DNA of 64,000 nt from Planctomycetota bacterium (GCA_044222185.1 JBGANV010000007.1:224001-288000), one strand, 5' to 3'; shown: positions 10,405 to 20,113, counted from the stretch's first letter. Notes: a model not told the origin generated them from the sequence alone. A program made the numbers and translations.

Positions 10405-11198
10405 AGTCGAAGTCCGATGACAGCGTCGCGACCTCGAAGCGCCGTCCGTCGGTTCGTCCGGCACCGGCGCCCGTGACGCCGTTCAGCGATCGCGTCGCGG
10501 ACGTCCACAAAAAAGCGGCAGGCGGCCGGATCCGCACGGCACGCGAGCGCCTCGAGTCGCTCTACCGCGAGGCCCTGGCGAACGGGCGGACGACGGACGT
10601 CCGGCAGGTCGTCGATGCGCTCGACGAGATGAATCGCAACGAGGACGTCGCGCGCCTCTCCCGCGTGCGACAGGCAGTCGAGGACCACCTGGCACGGGGC
10701 GAAGTCCGGCTCGCGCTCCAGCTCCTCGGCGGACATGCCGATCCAACCGTCAGCGCCGAGCCCGAGCTGCTCCTCGTCCGACTTCTCACGCACGTGACGC
10801 TCGGACGGTACGAGGACGCGGATCGGGACTACGTGCTCCTGCGGGGCCCGCTGGATCGCGGCGAAGTCACGGTTCCCGACCGTGCGGCGCTCGAAGCCAA
10901 GCTCGCGGAGGAGCGCGCGAAGAGGCTTGCGTTGGAGATTCCGCCGTCCGGGCAGACCATCCAGGAGACGCCGCCGCCGTTCTCGCCAGCGGCCCTGGAC
11001 TCGGTCATCGCGGCGACGGAGGCCCATCTGCGGGCCGAGGATCCCCTCGCTCCCGCGATCCGCGCCGCCATTCGTGGCGCACTCCGCCGTCAGCTCGCGC
11101 GCGATTGCGAGGTCGCGCGCGCCGAAGCCGTTCCGCTCCCGATGGCGTTCGACGCGAGACCGTGGCTTGACGAGGCTCTGCGTCTCGATTCGCCATGA
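10401..11198 (+). CDS. Hypothetical alpha-helical protein, translationally coupled to the TPR protein
   Basis: ATGA overlap at 10401-10404 with upstream GGAG. 265 aa with no recognisable motif. Confidence 0.65.
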   Translation: MKSKSDDSVATSKRRPSVRPAPAPVTPFSDRVADVHKKAAGGRIRTARERLESLYREALANGRTTDVRQVVDALDEMNRNEDVARLSRVRQAVEDHLARGEVRLALQLLGGHADPTVSAEPELLLVRLLTHVTLGRYEDADRDYVLLRGPLDRGEVTVPDRAALEAKLAEERAKRLALEIPPSGQTIQETPPPFSPAALDSVIAATEAHLRAEDPLAPAIRAAIRGALRRQLARDCEVARAEAVPLPMAFDARPWLDEALRLDSP

Positions 11199-11243
11199 CG
11201 GGTGACTTCGGGTTGCGCGTCGCGCCGGTATCATCCGCGCCTC

Positions 11244-12017
11244 ATGCGGATCTCCACCCTCGTTCTCGCCAGCGTTGCGGTCGCTCTCGCGATGTCCGGT
11301 TGTGCCGTGGATGACTCGGGGCGCGCAGCGGACGGGGACGGCGGCACGAAGGTCCGCACGACCGGTGGTCGCGAAGGGCCGAGCGTCGGGGTCAGGCGCG
11401 CGACTTCGGTCGAGGGCCGGCCGATCGAGGCCCGGATCGTCGGGACCGGAGCCCAGACCGTGCTTCTGATCGGCGTGATTCACGGAAACGAGGCCATCGG
11501 GAGCGGTCTCATCGCGCGCCTGCTGGAGGACATCGATCTCGATCCGTCCCTGGCCGAAGGGCTGAGGATCGTCGCCGTTCCCGTCGCCAATCCGGATGGG
11601 TATGCGAAGGGCACGCGGACGAACGCCCGCAACGTCGACCTGAACCGCAACTTCCCGGCTGCAAACTTCGTGGCGTCGGACCGGCGCGGCGCCGAGCCCG
11701 TCTCCGAGCCGGAGTCGCGTTTCCTCGCCGATCTCATCCTCGAGGAGAAGCCGGTCCGGATCCTCTCGATCCACCAGCCGTTGCAGTGCGTCAACTACGA
11801 CGGACCCGCGGCGGACCTCGCGGCACGGATGGCCGAGGCGAACACGTACGAGGTGAAGGCCGACATCGGGTACGCCACGCCTGGTTCGCTGGGGTCCTGG
11901 GCCGGTCGCGACCTCGGGATACCGATCGTGACTTTGGAGACCGGGCGGTCGGGGGACGTGTCGACGTCATACCTCCGCCACCGCGAGGCATTGCTCGTGT
12001 TCCTCCGCGGGAGCTGA
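11244..12017 (+). CDS. mpaA: M14 zinc carboxypeptidase, murein peptide amidase A (MpaA)-like, predicted lipoprotein
   Basis: IHGNE, NPDG, RTNARNVDLNRNFP, SEPES, SIHQ, TPGSLGSW and TLE motifs. Signal peptide ends in AMSG-C. Confidence 0.8.
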   Translation: MRISTLVLASVAVALAMSGCAVDDSGRAADGDGGTKVRTTGGREGPSVGVRRATSVEGRPIEARIVGTGAQTVLLIGVIHGNEAIGSGLIARLLEDIDLDPSLAEGLRIVAVPVANPDGYAKGTRTNARNVDLNRNFPAANFVASDRRGAEPVSEPESRFLADLILEEKPVRILSIHQPLQCVNYDGPAADLAARMAEANTYEVKADIGYATPGSLGSWAGRDLGIPIVTLETGRSGDVSTSYLRHREALLVFLRGS

Positions 12018-12156
12018 GGCCGTCGATTCCTTACGGCGGACCCCTGAGTCGGGCCGATAAGTTCCTCAGAAGTGCAGCCTGGCGGCGCCGCTTTGTCGGG
12101 TGTCGTCGGAAGCGCGCTTCGTGTCGACCCCTGATGAACATGCAGAAGGCAGCCGC

Positions 12157-13779
12157 ATGAGGGTTCTGGTCGCGGAGGACGTTCCGGCGCAGCGCATGAT
12201 CCTCGCCCGCCTCATCAAGAGTGCGGGCCACGAGGTCGCGCAGGCCGAGAACGGCGAAGTCGCACTTCGGCTCTTCTCCGAGTCGGAGTTCGAGTGCGTC
12301 GTCACCGACTGGCAGATGCCCGTGATCGACGGCATCGAACTATGCCGGCGCATCCGCGAGATCCCCAAGAACCATCACGTCCACCTCATGATGGTCACCG
12401 GCGCCGACGGAAACGAAGACGTGCTCCAGGCGCTCGCCGCTGGGGCGGACGACTTCATCCGCAAACCGATCAACTACGCCGAGATCGCCGCGCGTCTGAA
12501 GAACGCCCAGCGCCAGCAGGAGATCTACGCGACCCTGGCGCGCAACTTCGCCGAACAGCTCGCACTGAAAGAGAGCCTGGGTTCGAAGGACGCCGTCTAC
12601 CGCGACCTGTTCGCCAAGACCCCCGATCCCATGTTGAGCCTGGACGATGCCTGGCAGATCCAGGAGGCGAACGAGGCGTGGTGCCGCTCGTTCGGCTGGA
12701 GGCCGGACGACGTCCGAGGGCGTGCGCTCGATCAGTTCGTCGTCGAGGCGTCGAAGAAAGACCTCTCGATCTTCCAGCAGCGCATGACGGCCGGACCCGA
12801 TGCGCCCGAAGTGGCGCTCAACCTGAAACACCGGCAAAGCGAGGTGCGCGAAGTCCAGGTCAGCGGTTCCCGCATGATCGGGACGGCCGACGTTCCGACG
12901 CGCGTGATCCTCCGCATGCTCGACGTGACCGAGTCGCGTCGCGTCCAGGCGCAGGTTCTCGAGCACGAGAAGATGGCCATGGTGGGCGGGCTCGTGAACG
13001 GCGTGGTGCAGGAGGTCAACGGGCCGTTGTCCATGGTCTGGTCCACGCTCGGCGCGCTCGACAAGTACGGCGCCCGGCTCATCGAGACGTTGAACGGCTA
13101 TCAGCCGCTCGAGGAGATCGTGGCGCAGGCGGACGTCGAGGGTGCGGCCGACGCGCTCGAGGCCGTGCGCCGTCGCCACCGCTCCCTGAAGATCGACTTC
13201 ATCGCGACGGACTTTTCCCACCTCATCAGTCGGGGGCGCGAGCTCACCGATCGTGCCCGCAGGATCATCTCCGACATCGGGACCGTGACCCGGTCGGACG
13301 ACGAGATGGCGGAAACGGATCTCGTGGACGCGATCCAATCTGCCGTGGGCCTGTCGCAAGCGATCCTGCGCGACCGGATCGAACTGGTGCGGGAGCTTCC
13401 AGCTTCGGCGAAGATTCGCGGCAACCACGCCCGTCTCACGCAGGTCTTCACGAATCTCATCAAGAACGCGGTCGATGCCATCCCGGCCGGCCGTGCGGGA
13501 CGCGTGAAGGTCGCCGTCACGATCGACGACACCCGAGCCCACGCAACCGTTGCCGACGACGGCGCCGGCATCGCGCCGGAGAACATGAGCCGCATCTTCG
13601 ACCCGTTCTTCACGACGAAGAAGTCGGGCGAAGGCGTCGGCCTGGGACTCACGGTCGCCTTCAGCATCGTGAAGTCGCACAACGGAACGATCTTCGCTGA
13701 AAGCCCGCCGGGCCTCGGCACCACGTTCCACGTGGAGTTCCCCGCGCTCGCTCCCGTTCCGGCGGTCGCGGCGACGTAG
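12157..13779 (+). CDS. Receiver-PAS-histidine kinase-like protein (H-box His replaced by Gln)
   Basis: REC domain (VLVAED, TDWQMP, GADDFIRKP), a PAS domain, HisKA-like GGLVNGVVQEVNGPL, and HATPase N/G1/F/G2 boxes. Confidence 0.9.
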   Translation: MRVLVAEDVPAQRMILARLIKSAGHEVAQAENGEVALRLFSESEFECVVTDWQMPVIDGIELCRRIREIPKNHHVHLMMVTGADGNEDVLQALAAGADDFIRKPINYAEIAARLKNAQRQQEIYATLARNFAEQLALKESLGSKDAVYRDLFAKTPDPMLSLDDAWQIQEANEAWCRSFGWRPDDVRGRALDQFVVEASKKDLSIFQQRMTAGPDAPEVALNLKHRQSEVREVQVSGSRMIGTADVPTRVILRMLDVTESRRVQAQVLEHEKMAMVGGLVNGVVQEVNGPLSMVWSTLGALDKYGARLIETLNGYQPLEEIVAQADVEGAADALEAVRRRHRSLKIDFIATDFSHLISRGRELTDRARRIISDIGTVTRSDDEMAETDLVDAIQSAVGLSQAILRDRIELVRELPASAKIRGNHARLTQVFTNLIKNAVDAIPAGRAGRVKVAVTIDDTRAHATVADDGAGIAPENMSRIFDPFFTTKKSGEGVGLGLTVAFSIVKSHNGTIFAESPPGLGTTFHVEFPALAPVPAVAAT

Positions 13780-13789
13780 AGACGGCGCT

Positions 13790-15490
13790 TCACACCTTCC
13801 GCGACACGTCGAAGCGCGCGACGGCGACTCCGCCGGCGAAGAGAAGGCCCAGATCCAGGGCGGCGAATGCGGCCAGGCTCGCGGCGGTCGCCACGGCCCG
13901 GGCGAACGACACCGACGCGTCGGGATTCGACGGCTTCGCCAGGTGGAAGGTCAGGTAGTAGGTCGACGCCACGACGCCGGCGGCGATGCCGATGGCGATC
14001 ACGCGCAGGAACAACAGCAGCAACGATCGCCCCGCGACGTTCAATCCAGCTTCGGATCCGGGAGTGATGCGGATCGGCATGAACAAGAAGACGATGTTGT
14101 CGACGGCCATGACGCAGAACGTGAATGCAGGGACCGCGAGGGCGATGGGGATTCCCTGATCGAGCGGCAGGTTGCCGAGAAGCAGCAGGCCCACCAGTCC
14201 CACGAGGAGGATCCCGGAGATCACGATCCACTCCGGAGCCAGGATCGCTGCGAAGACGGTTCGCGCCGTCACGGGCCACGTCTTGATCCGCTCCATGCGG
14301 TCCAGCTCTTCGCGGAAATCGAACCGCATTCCGAACGAGAGGTAGAGCGTCCCGAGCAGGACGAAGATCAACGCGCGGGCGAGGGAGCTTTGCTCCTTGT
14401 GGGAATCGAGTCCGTTCGTGATCAGCGTGATCACGACCATGATCATGCAGGTGAACACGAGCGTTCGACGGGACTTCCGCACGAGAGACGCGATCTTCGT
14501 CCATGCGATCGCGCCGAAGGGGCCGCGCCCCGCGAGCCACGGCACGCGCCAGCGCGCGCTTCCGGCGGATGCCTGAGCACCGGCCGCGCCGCCACCGGAC
14601 TTCTGTGCGCGGCGGATCCGTTCGGCGATGTTCGCTGCCGTTTCCAGCGAGAGCTCCCGATAGTCGATCGGAAGGCGCGCGGTCAGCTCCGCGAGCGCCA
14701 CGCCGATCGCGATCGCGATGGCGAACCACACGCCGAATTCCGCCAGGGTCGTGGCGGTCATGGCTCGGATCCACGGCTCGAAGGGGAGCGTCAGCGCGCG
14801 GATCACCGGGTGGTCCGCGTATTGGAACACGTCCGGCGCCGGCGCGGCGCCCGGATCGGCGACGGGAGCGATTGGGCGACCCGTGAACGACTGGAAGGCC
14901 AGGCGCAGCAACGCCAGGATCGCGAGGAGCGACACGATCTGCAGGACCCGCTTGGTCCACCCTTCGAATCGCTTCTTCTCGAGGGATCCGAGGACGATGG
15001 CCAGCGTCTGGCCGAAGATGCCGAGCGTCTGCATCGCGGCGAAGGCACCCAGGAATCCGAAGGCGACGACCGGTGCCCGTTGCGCGGCCATCATGCCGAA
15101 GATCAGCCCGCCGACGATCCCGCGGCCGAACGCGGCCATGAGGCGATAGCGGACGATGTCGCTGCGGTCGACGGGCGCCGCGAACAACACCTCGATCTCC
15201 TCCTTCGGCAGGTAGAGACCACGAAACCCGGTGGCACCGATCACGCTGAGCACCGTGAGTGCGAGGCCGCCGATGCGGGCCATCGCAGAAAGATCGTTGG
15301 GGCTGTATTGGAACTTGCCCCGAACGCAGGATCCGACGGCGACGGACGTCACCCAGAGACCGAATGCGATCAGACCCAGAATCGTGAACGCCGCGCCCGA
15401 CGGCGTCTTGGCGCGGCGCCATTGCCGGCGAAATCGACCGCGGAGCTTCAGGCGTGCGAGTCGGCGGAGTGCGGGCGTCGGGAGGATCAC
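13790..15490 (-). CDS. Putative ABC exporter permease
   Basis: Many TM helices in two halves. The GTG start (VILPTPALRRL) overlaps the TGA of the ATPase gene at 15487-15490. The longer 755-aa ORF call runs through the ATPase gene. Confidence 0.8.
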   Translation of the reverse strand: MILPTPALRRLARLKLRGRFRRQWRRAKTPSGAAFTILGLIAFGLWVTSVAVGSCVRGKFQYSPNDLSAMARIGGLALTVLSVIGATGFRGLYLPKEEIEVLFAAPVDRSDIVRYRLMAAFGRGIVGGLIFGMMAAQRAPVVAFGFLGAFAAMQTLGIFGQTLAIVLGSLEKKRFEGWTKRVLQIVSLLAILALLRLAFQSFTGRPIAPVADPGAAPAPDVFQYADHPVIRALTLPFEPWIRAMTATTLAEFGVWFAIAIAIGVALAELTARLPIDYRELSLETAANIAERIRRAQKSGGGAAGAQASAGSARWRVPWLAGRGPFGAIAWTKIASLVRKSRRTLVFTCMIMVVITLITNGLDSHKEQSSLARALIFVLLGTLYLSFGMRFDFREELDRMERIKTWPVTARTVFAAILAPEWIVISGILLVGLVGLLLLGNLPLDQGIPIALAVPAFTFCVMAVDNIVFLFMPIRITPGSEAGLNVAGRSLLLLFLRVIAIGIAAGVVASTYYLTFHLAKPSNPDASVSFARAVATAASLAAFAALDLGLLFAGGVAVARFDVSRKV

Positions 15491-16320
15491 GAGCCTGGAG
15501 CTCCATCGCTCGGGGGCACTGCGGCCGCGGGCTGCGGCGGCGCCACATCGGCCCGGTTCCCGTTGGACGTTGCCGCGAAGAAGATCTCGTTCAGGCTGGA
15601 CCCCGGAGCGGCCGTGATCGTGCGGCGGGCGTCGTCGAGCGTACCCGCGAACACCTTGCGGCCTCGATCGAGGATCACGATCTCGTGGCAGAGCTCCTGG
15701 ACCAGATCCAGGAGGTGTGACGAGAGGATGATCGCCGCGCCCGTGGCGCAGAGAGCTCGCAGGGCGTCCTTTGCCCGCACGATGCCGAGCGGATCGAGGC
15801 CCGTGAGCGGCTCGTCGAGCAGCACGAGCTTGGGGTGCGTGATGAAGGCGCAGCACAACGCGAGCTTCTGGCGCATGCCTCGGCTCAGTTCTCCGCCGAG
15901 TGCATCCTTCTTCTCGACGAGCTCGAACGTTCGCAGGAGTTCGTCGGCGCGCGTCCTCCAATCCGCTACGCCGTAGAGGTGCGCGGTGAACTCCATGTGC
16001 TCGAGGACCGTCAACGTGTCGAACGGTTGGGGGTCGTCGGGAACCCAGGCCAGGCACGATTTCGCCTGACGATCCTGGTGGGCGATGTCGAAGCCGCCGA
16101 CGAGGATCCGGCCTTGCTTGATCGGGAGGATGCCGCAGATGGACCGCAGGGTCGTCGTCTTGCCGGCGCCGTTCGGGCCGACCAGGCCGACGATCGTGCC
16201 CGGTCTGACGACGAACGAGAGGTCCCGGACGGCCTCCGCGTTGTCGTAGGCCTTCGAGAATGCCTCGACGACGAGGACCGGCGCCGCGCCCGGTGGAACT
16301 CCTGGGGACACTGGATCCAT
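15487..16320 (-). CDS. ABC transporter ATP-binding protein
   Basis: GPNGAGKTT, LSRGMRQK, LLDEPLTGLD and SSH motifs. Confidence 0.95.
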   Translation of the reverse strand: MDPVSPGVPPGAAPVLVVEAFSKAYDNAEAVRDLSFVVRPGTIVGLVGPNGAGKTTTLRSICGILPIKQGRILVGGFDIAHQDRQAKSCLAWVPDDPQPFDTLTVLEHMEFTAHLYGVADWRTRADELLRTFELVEKKDALGGELSRGMRQKLALCCAFITHPKLVLLDEPLTGLDPLGIVRAKDALRALCATGAAIILSSHLLDLVQELCHEIVILDRGRKVFAGTLDDARRTITAAPGSSLNEIFFAATSNGNRADVAPPQPAAAVPPSDGAPGS

Positions 16321-16395
16321 GATGGTGCCTCTGTGAGCGGGCAGTCTATCGAGTCTCGCGTATGAGACCGCCCCGTCGATCTCACCGAACGGCTT

Positions 16396-17607
16396 TCAGC
16401 CTCGGATCCACTTCGTGACCGGCTGGGCGAGGAATTGATCGAGCGGAACCCCCTCGCTTCCGACCTGGAGGGCGCGCGTGGTCTTGAACGCTGCGCGGAA
16501 TGCCGCGGTTCCACGGTGCGAACGCAGGGGGCGGCGGCTCTTCACTTCGATGGCGACCACCCGCGGCCCGGCCTTCGCGATGAAGTCGACTTCGTCGTTG
16601 CCGTCGCGCCAGTAGAAGAGTTCGATGTCGCCCGAGGCTGCGGCATTCGCGAGATGGGCTCCTACGGCCGATTCCACGAGGTGACCCCAGAACTCGTGAT
16701 CAGCGCGCGCCTCCTGAAATTGCAGGTGCGAGGCGGCCGTCACGAGGGCTGTGTTGTACACCTGAAGCTTGGGGCTCGAGGCCCGCTGCCGGGCCGCATC
16801 GCCGGCGTACTTGTGCAGACCACAGACCATCCCGGCGGCGGAGAGCAGCTCCAGGTAATGGGCGAGGGTCGTGGTGTTGCCGGCGTCGACGAGTTGGCCC
16901 AGCATCTTCGTGTACGAGAGGATCTGGCCCGAATATCGACAGGCAAGGTCGAGCAGGCGCCGCAGCAAGGCCGGCTTGTCCACGCGAGTCAGAAGCAGGA
17001 CGTCGCGCGCGACGGAGGTCTCGATCAGCGAATCGGCGATGTACCGCGCCCAGCGCGCCGGTTCGCGAATGAGCGGGGCGGCCCCCGGGTAGCCGCCGAA
17101 GAACACGTACTCATCCAAGGACCACCCGAAAGCTGCGGCCATCTCACTGAACGACCAGTGCGGGAAATGGACGAGTTCGAACCGGCCCGCCAGGCTCTCG
17201 CTGAGTCCGCTCGCGATGAGGAGGGGCGCCGAACCGAGCAGGACGACCTTGATCCGTCGCCCCTCGCGCGTGTCTTCATCCCAAAGGCGCTTCGTCGTCT
17301 CGGACCAACCGGGCACTTTCTGGATCTCATCGAGGACGAGGATCGACATCTTGCGGGGGGCATCGGCGGCTTGCGCTCTTGCGGCCTCCCATTGCGTCGA
17401 AATCCAATCCGCACCGCGGAGTGTCGGTTCATCGGCGCTGGCGAACCGGGCTGGGAGGCGGCTTGCACGGACGACGGACTGCACCGCGGTCGTCTTGCCG
17501 ACCTGTCGCGGCCCGACGACGGCCTGGATGAACCGACGGGGTTCGCGGAGGCGTTTCGCCAGAATGCTGGCGTACGGTCGCTGGAAATCGGCGGATCGTT
17601 TACTCAT
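16396..17607 (-). CDS. AAA_14 / DUF4143-type ATPase with C-terminal PD-(D/E)XK-like nuclease motif
   Basis: GPRQVGKTT, LVLDEIQ, LLGSAPL, ESLAGRF, GGYPG, GHLVES.V, YWRD..EVDFI and AIEVK. Confidence 0.9.
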   Translation of the reverse strand: MSKRSADFQRPYASILAKRLREPRRFIQAVVGPRQVGKTTAVQSVVRASRLPARFASADEPTLRGADWISTQWEAARAQAADAPRKMSILVLDEIQKVPGWSETTKRLWDEDTREGRRIKVVLLGSAPLLIASGLSESLAGRFELVHFPHWSFSEMAAAFGWSLDEYVFFGGYPGAAPLIREPARWARYIADSLIETSVARDVLLLTRVDKPALLRRLLDLACRYSGQILSYTKMLGQLVDAGNTTTLAHYLELLSAAGMVCGLHKYAGDAARQRASSPKLQVYNTALVTAASHLQFQEARADHEFWGHLVESAVGAHLANAAASGDIELFYWRDGNDEVDFIAKAGPRVVAIEVKSRRPLRSHRGTAAFRAAFKTTRALQVGSEGVPLDQFLAQPVTKWIRG

Positions 17608-17647
17608 TGCGTTGAGTAATTTTACTCAACGTCTTGAGTTGTTGGAA
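17600..17647 (-). promoter_or_regulatory. sigma70-type promoter (TTCCAA-N17-TAAAAT) embedded in two tandem TTACTCA-N6-TGAGT palindromes
   Basis: On the minus strand the -35 is at 17647-17642 and the -10 at 17624-17619. Perfect inverted repeat CGTTGAGTAA-TT-TTACTCAACG at 17610-17631. AT-rich island in GC-rich DNA. Confidence 0.7.
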
Positions 17648-17706
17648 GGGACCGGTCTCGAGGCCGCCGGTGCGGACCGGCGGCCGTTCGGATGTCGCCG
17701 CGCTCT

Positions 17707-18768
17707 CTACGGCCTGCGGCGCGCCAGGATGTCGGGGCGCTTGCAGACGGTCGGCCAGTCGGGGATCGCCGTCAGCACCTCACCCGTCGAGAGGATCGTG
17801 TCTTCCGACTTGGTCCCCGCGATCGACGGGTTCCACGCCACGAGCTGGTTCTCGACGACGACGCCCTGCGTCGACGGCGTGACGCAGAAGTCGCGGCACT
17901 CGTACCCCAGCGGACCCCCCTGGTGGTGGAGACGCCACTCGGCGCCGAATCCCTCGGTGCGATAGATGCGCATGCCGACGGAGAGGATCTCGGACCACTT
18001 GGCGCCGGGCTTCGTCGCACCGATGAGCGTGGAGTCGACGGCGCACACGGCCTCGTGCTTGCGCTTCAGCGCGGCCGGCAGCTTGCCGAAGAACACGAGC
18101 CGTGTCATCGCCACGATCAACCCATGACGCTGGGCGCAGACGACCAGCATCAGCATGCGGTCCACCTTGTTCTGGGTGGGAATCGGATGGCGGAACTTCA
18201 CGATGCGATCGTCGGCGGCGACGAGCAAGACGGGCGCGTGGATGGCACGCGCGCGGAGCTTGGCGGAGAAGCTGGCCGCGACTTCGTGCTCGGTCAGTCC
18301 AGGCTTCAGCTCCTTGAGCTCTTTCTCCATCAGCTCGGCGCAGTCCCGGCCGAGTGCGCGCGCCCGTTCGATCTCCAGCGGCGTCAACGAAGCGCGGAGC
18401 GCGGTGATGGCGGCAGAGTCGTCGAGCCCGGGTCGGGTCTTGCTGGGCTTGCGGTCGACGTCCGGAAAGTCCGTCGCGTACTCGTGCGGCTGTGGCTTTC
18501 GGTCGTGCCACCATTCGGCGGCTTCGAACGTCCAGCCGTCCTTGAACTCCTCCGCTTCGAGCCGCGGCGCCTCGATCACGTTGGTGATGACGACGCGCTT
18601 GCGTGGAGTCCACAACACGGACGCGATTCCGGTCGCCTGGGTCGTGTCGCAGTGGACGTCGGCTCCGTCCGCGATCCACGCGATGTTCGACCGTCGCCGC
18701 AGGAGAACGCCGTCGACACCGAGGTCTCGGCACAACTTGCGAAGTCTCTTCTCCTTCTCGACGTCCAT
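17707..18768 (-). CDS. M24 (pita-bread fold) hydrolase, atypical subfamily lacking most metal ligands
   Basis: RHPIPT, MTR, EWRLHHQGGPLGYECRD and WNPSIAGTKSEDT. ATG at 18768 has a GAGGTG RBS and lies 7 bp after the kinase stop. Confidence 0.8.
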   Translation of the reverse strand: MDVEKEKRLRKLCRDLGVDGVLLRRRSNIAWIADGADVHCDTTQATGIASVLWTPRKRVVITNVIEAPRLEAEEFKDGWTFEAAEWWHDRKPQPHEYATDFPDVDRKPSKTRPGLDDSAAITALRASLTPLEIERARALGRDCAELMEKELKELKPGLTEHEVAASFSAKLRARAIHAPVLLVAADDRIVKFRHPIPTQNKVDRMLMLVVCAQRHGLIVAMTRLVFFGKLPAALKRKHEAVCAVDSTLIGATKPGAKWSEILSVGMRIYRTEGFGAEWRLHHQGGPLGYECRDFCVTPSTQGVVVENQLVAWNPSIAGTKSEDTILSTGEVLTAIPDWPTVCKRPDILARRRP

Positions 18769-18775
18769 GCTCACC

Positions 18776-20113
18776 TCAGACGAGCGACCGCGCGGCGGAA
18801 TAGAGCCGGCGAAAGCGCTCGTATTCCGCATCGTAGCTGCGCCGAGGCTGCGTGACTTCGGTCTCCTTCACGAGCCGGTCCGTCGCTTCCTCGATGGAAG
18901 GGAAGATTCCGGCCCCGACCGCGGCCAGGATCGCCGACCCGAAAGCGGCACCTTCGTCACTCGTGTTGACGGAAATCACGGGGACTCCCAGCACATCCGC
19001 CACGATCTGGCGCCACTGCGGGTTCTTCATGCCGCCGCCGGTCACGCGCACCGAATCACCCCCGGCGATCTGGTGCGCGTCGCGGAGGGCGAACGCCGTC
19101 CCTTCGAGAACGGCTCGGATGAAGTGCGATCGGTCGTGGTCCGTGGAAATCCCGGCGAACATCCCCCGGACCGCCGTGTCGGCGTGGGGCGTTCGTTCAC
19201 CGACGAGGTAGGGCGCAAACAGGAGCCCCTTGGATGACTCGGCGATCGGCGCATCTGCGACGGCGACGCCGAAGAGTCGGGCCACCCAGTCGAACGCCCG
19301 GGTGCCCGTCAGCATGCAACCGATCTGGTAGAAGCGATTCGGAACGGCGTGACTGAACGTGTGGACGCGCATGTCGAAGTCGACGACGGGTCGGTCGTGC
19401 ACGACGACGAGGACGTTCGAGGTGCCCATGCTCACCATGGCTTGCCCGTTGCGCACGACACCGATGCCGACGGCCGCGGCGGCGTTGTCGGCGGCACCGC
19501 CGACGATGGGGATGCCCTTCCATCGTCCCGCGACCTCGATCGACGTGCAGGGGGGAGGAAAGAGGTCCCGGGCCAGTCCGACCTTCGCGATGACCGTGTC
19601 GGACCAGGCGCCCCGCCCGACGTCCCAGCAGAGCGTGCTCGCGGCGTCGCTGATCTCCTGGCGCATCTCACCCGTCAGACGCCAGCGGACGTAGTCCTTG
19701 CAGATGAGGATCGGGCCGAGTGACTTCCGCCACAGGAGGTGGGGTAGCGTGAAACCGGCGAACGGTCGATTCGCGACGGTCGTACGCAACGTGTCGAGGC
19801 CCACGCGCTGGACGATCTCATCGCACTCGGCCTCGGCTCGACCGTCACACCAAAGGATGGCGCGATCACCCGTGCCGACGCACACCTCCGAGTGCATCAT
19901 TCCGTCGAGCCCGATGGCGTCCGCTGGCCCGAGTTCCTCCAGGATCGCGAGCGTCGCCGCAACCCAGTCCTCCGGGTCCTGTTCGGCATGGACGCCCTCG
20001 CCGTACAGCGGATAGGAGCGCCGCGCCGATTTCAGGATCCGCCCGTCGGGGAACGAGACGAGCACGCCCTTCGCACCGGAAGTTCCCAGATCGATGCCGA
20101 TCGTCTTCGACAT
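18776..20113 (-). CDS. xylB: FGGY-family carbohydrate kinase, xylulokinase-like
   Basis: IGIDLGTSGAK, EQDPEDW, GMMHS, AILWCDGR, GAADNAAAA, SMGTS, PYLVGERTP, RAVLEG and TGGG. The substrate is not proven. Confidence 0.8.
   Translation of the reverse strand: MSKTIGIDLGTSGAKGVLVSFPDGRILKSARRSYPLYGEGVHAEQDPEDWVAATLAILEELGPADAIGLDGMMHSEVCVGTGDRAILWCDGRAEAECDEIVQRVGLDTLRTTVANRPFAGFTLPHLLWRKSLGPILICKDYVRWRLTGEMRQEISDAASTLCWDVGRGAWSDTVIAKVGLARDLFPPPCTSIEVAGRWKGIPIVGGAADNAAAAVGIGVVRNGQAMVSMGTSNVLVVVHDRPVVDFDMRVHTFSHAVPNRFYQIGCMLTGTRAFDWVARLFGVAVADAPIAESSKGLLFAPYLVGERTPHADTAVRGMFAGISTDHDRSHFIRAVLEGTAFALRDAHQIAGGDSVRVTGGGMKNPQWRQIVADVLGVPVISVNTSDEGAAFGSAILAAVGAGIFPSIEEATDRLVKETEVTQPRRSYDAEYERFRRLYSAARSLV

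Noticed and set aside
7132-10464. 1110-aa minus-strand ORF, and similar long ORFs such as 2721-5189, 13101-15548, 41287-43554 and 55878-59936
   Set aside because: Antisense or off-frame shadows of real genes, expected in ~70% GC DNA. They are Arg/Gly/Pro-rich and lack motifs.
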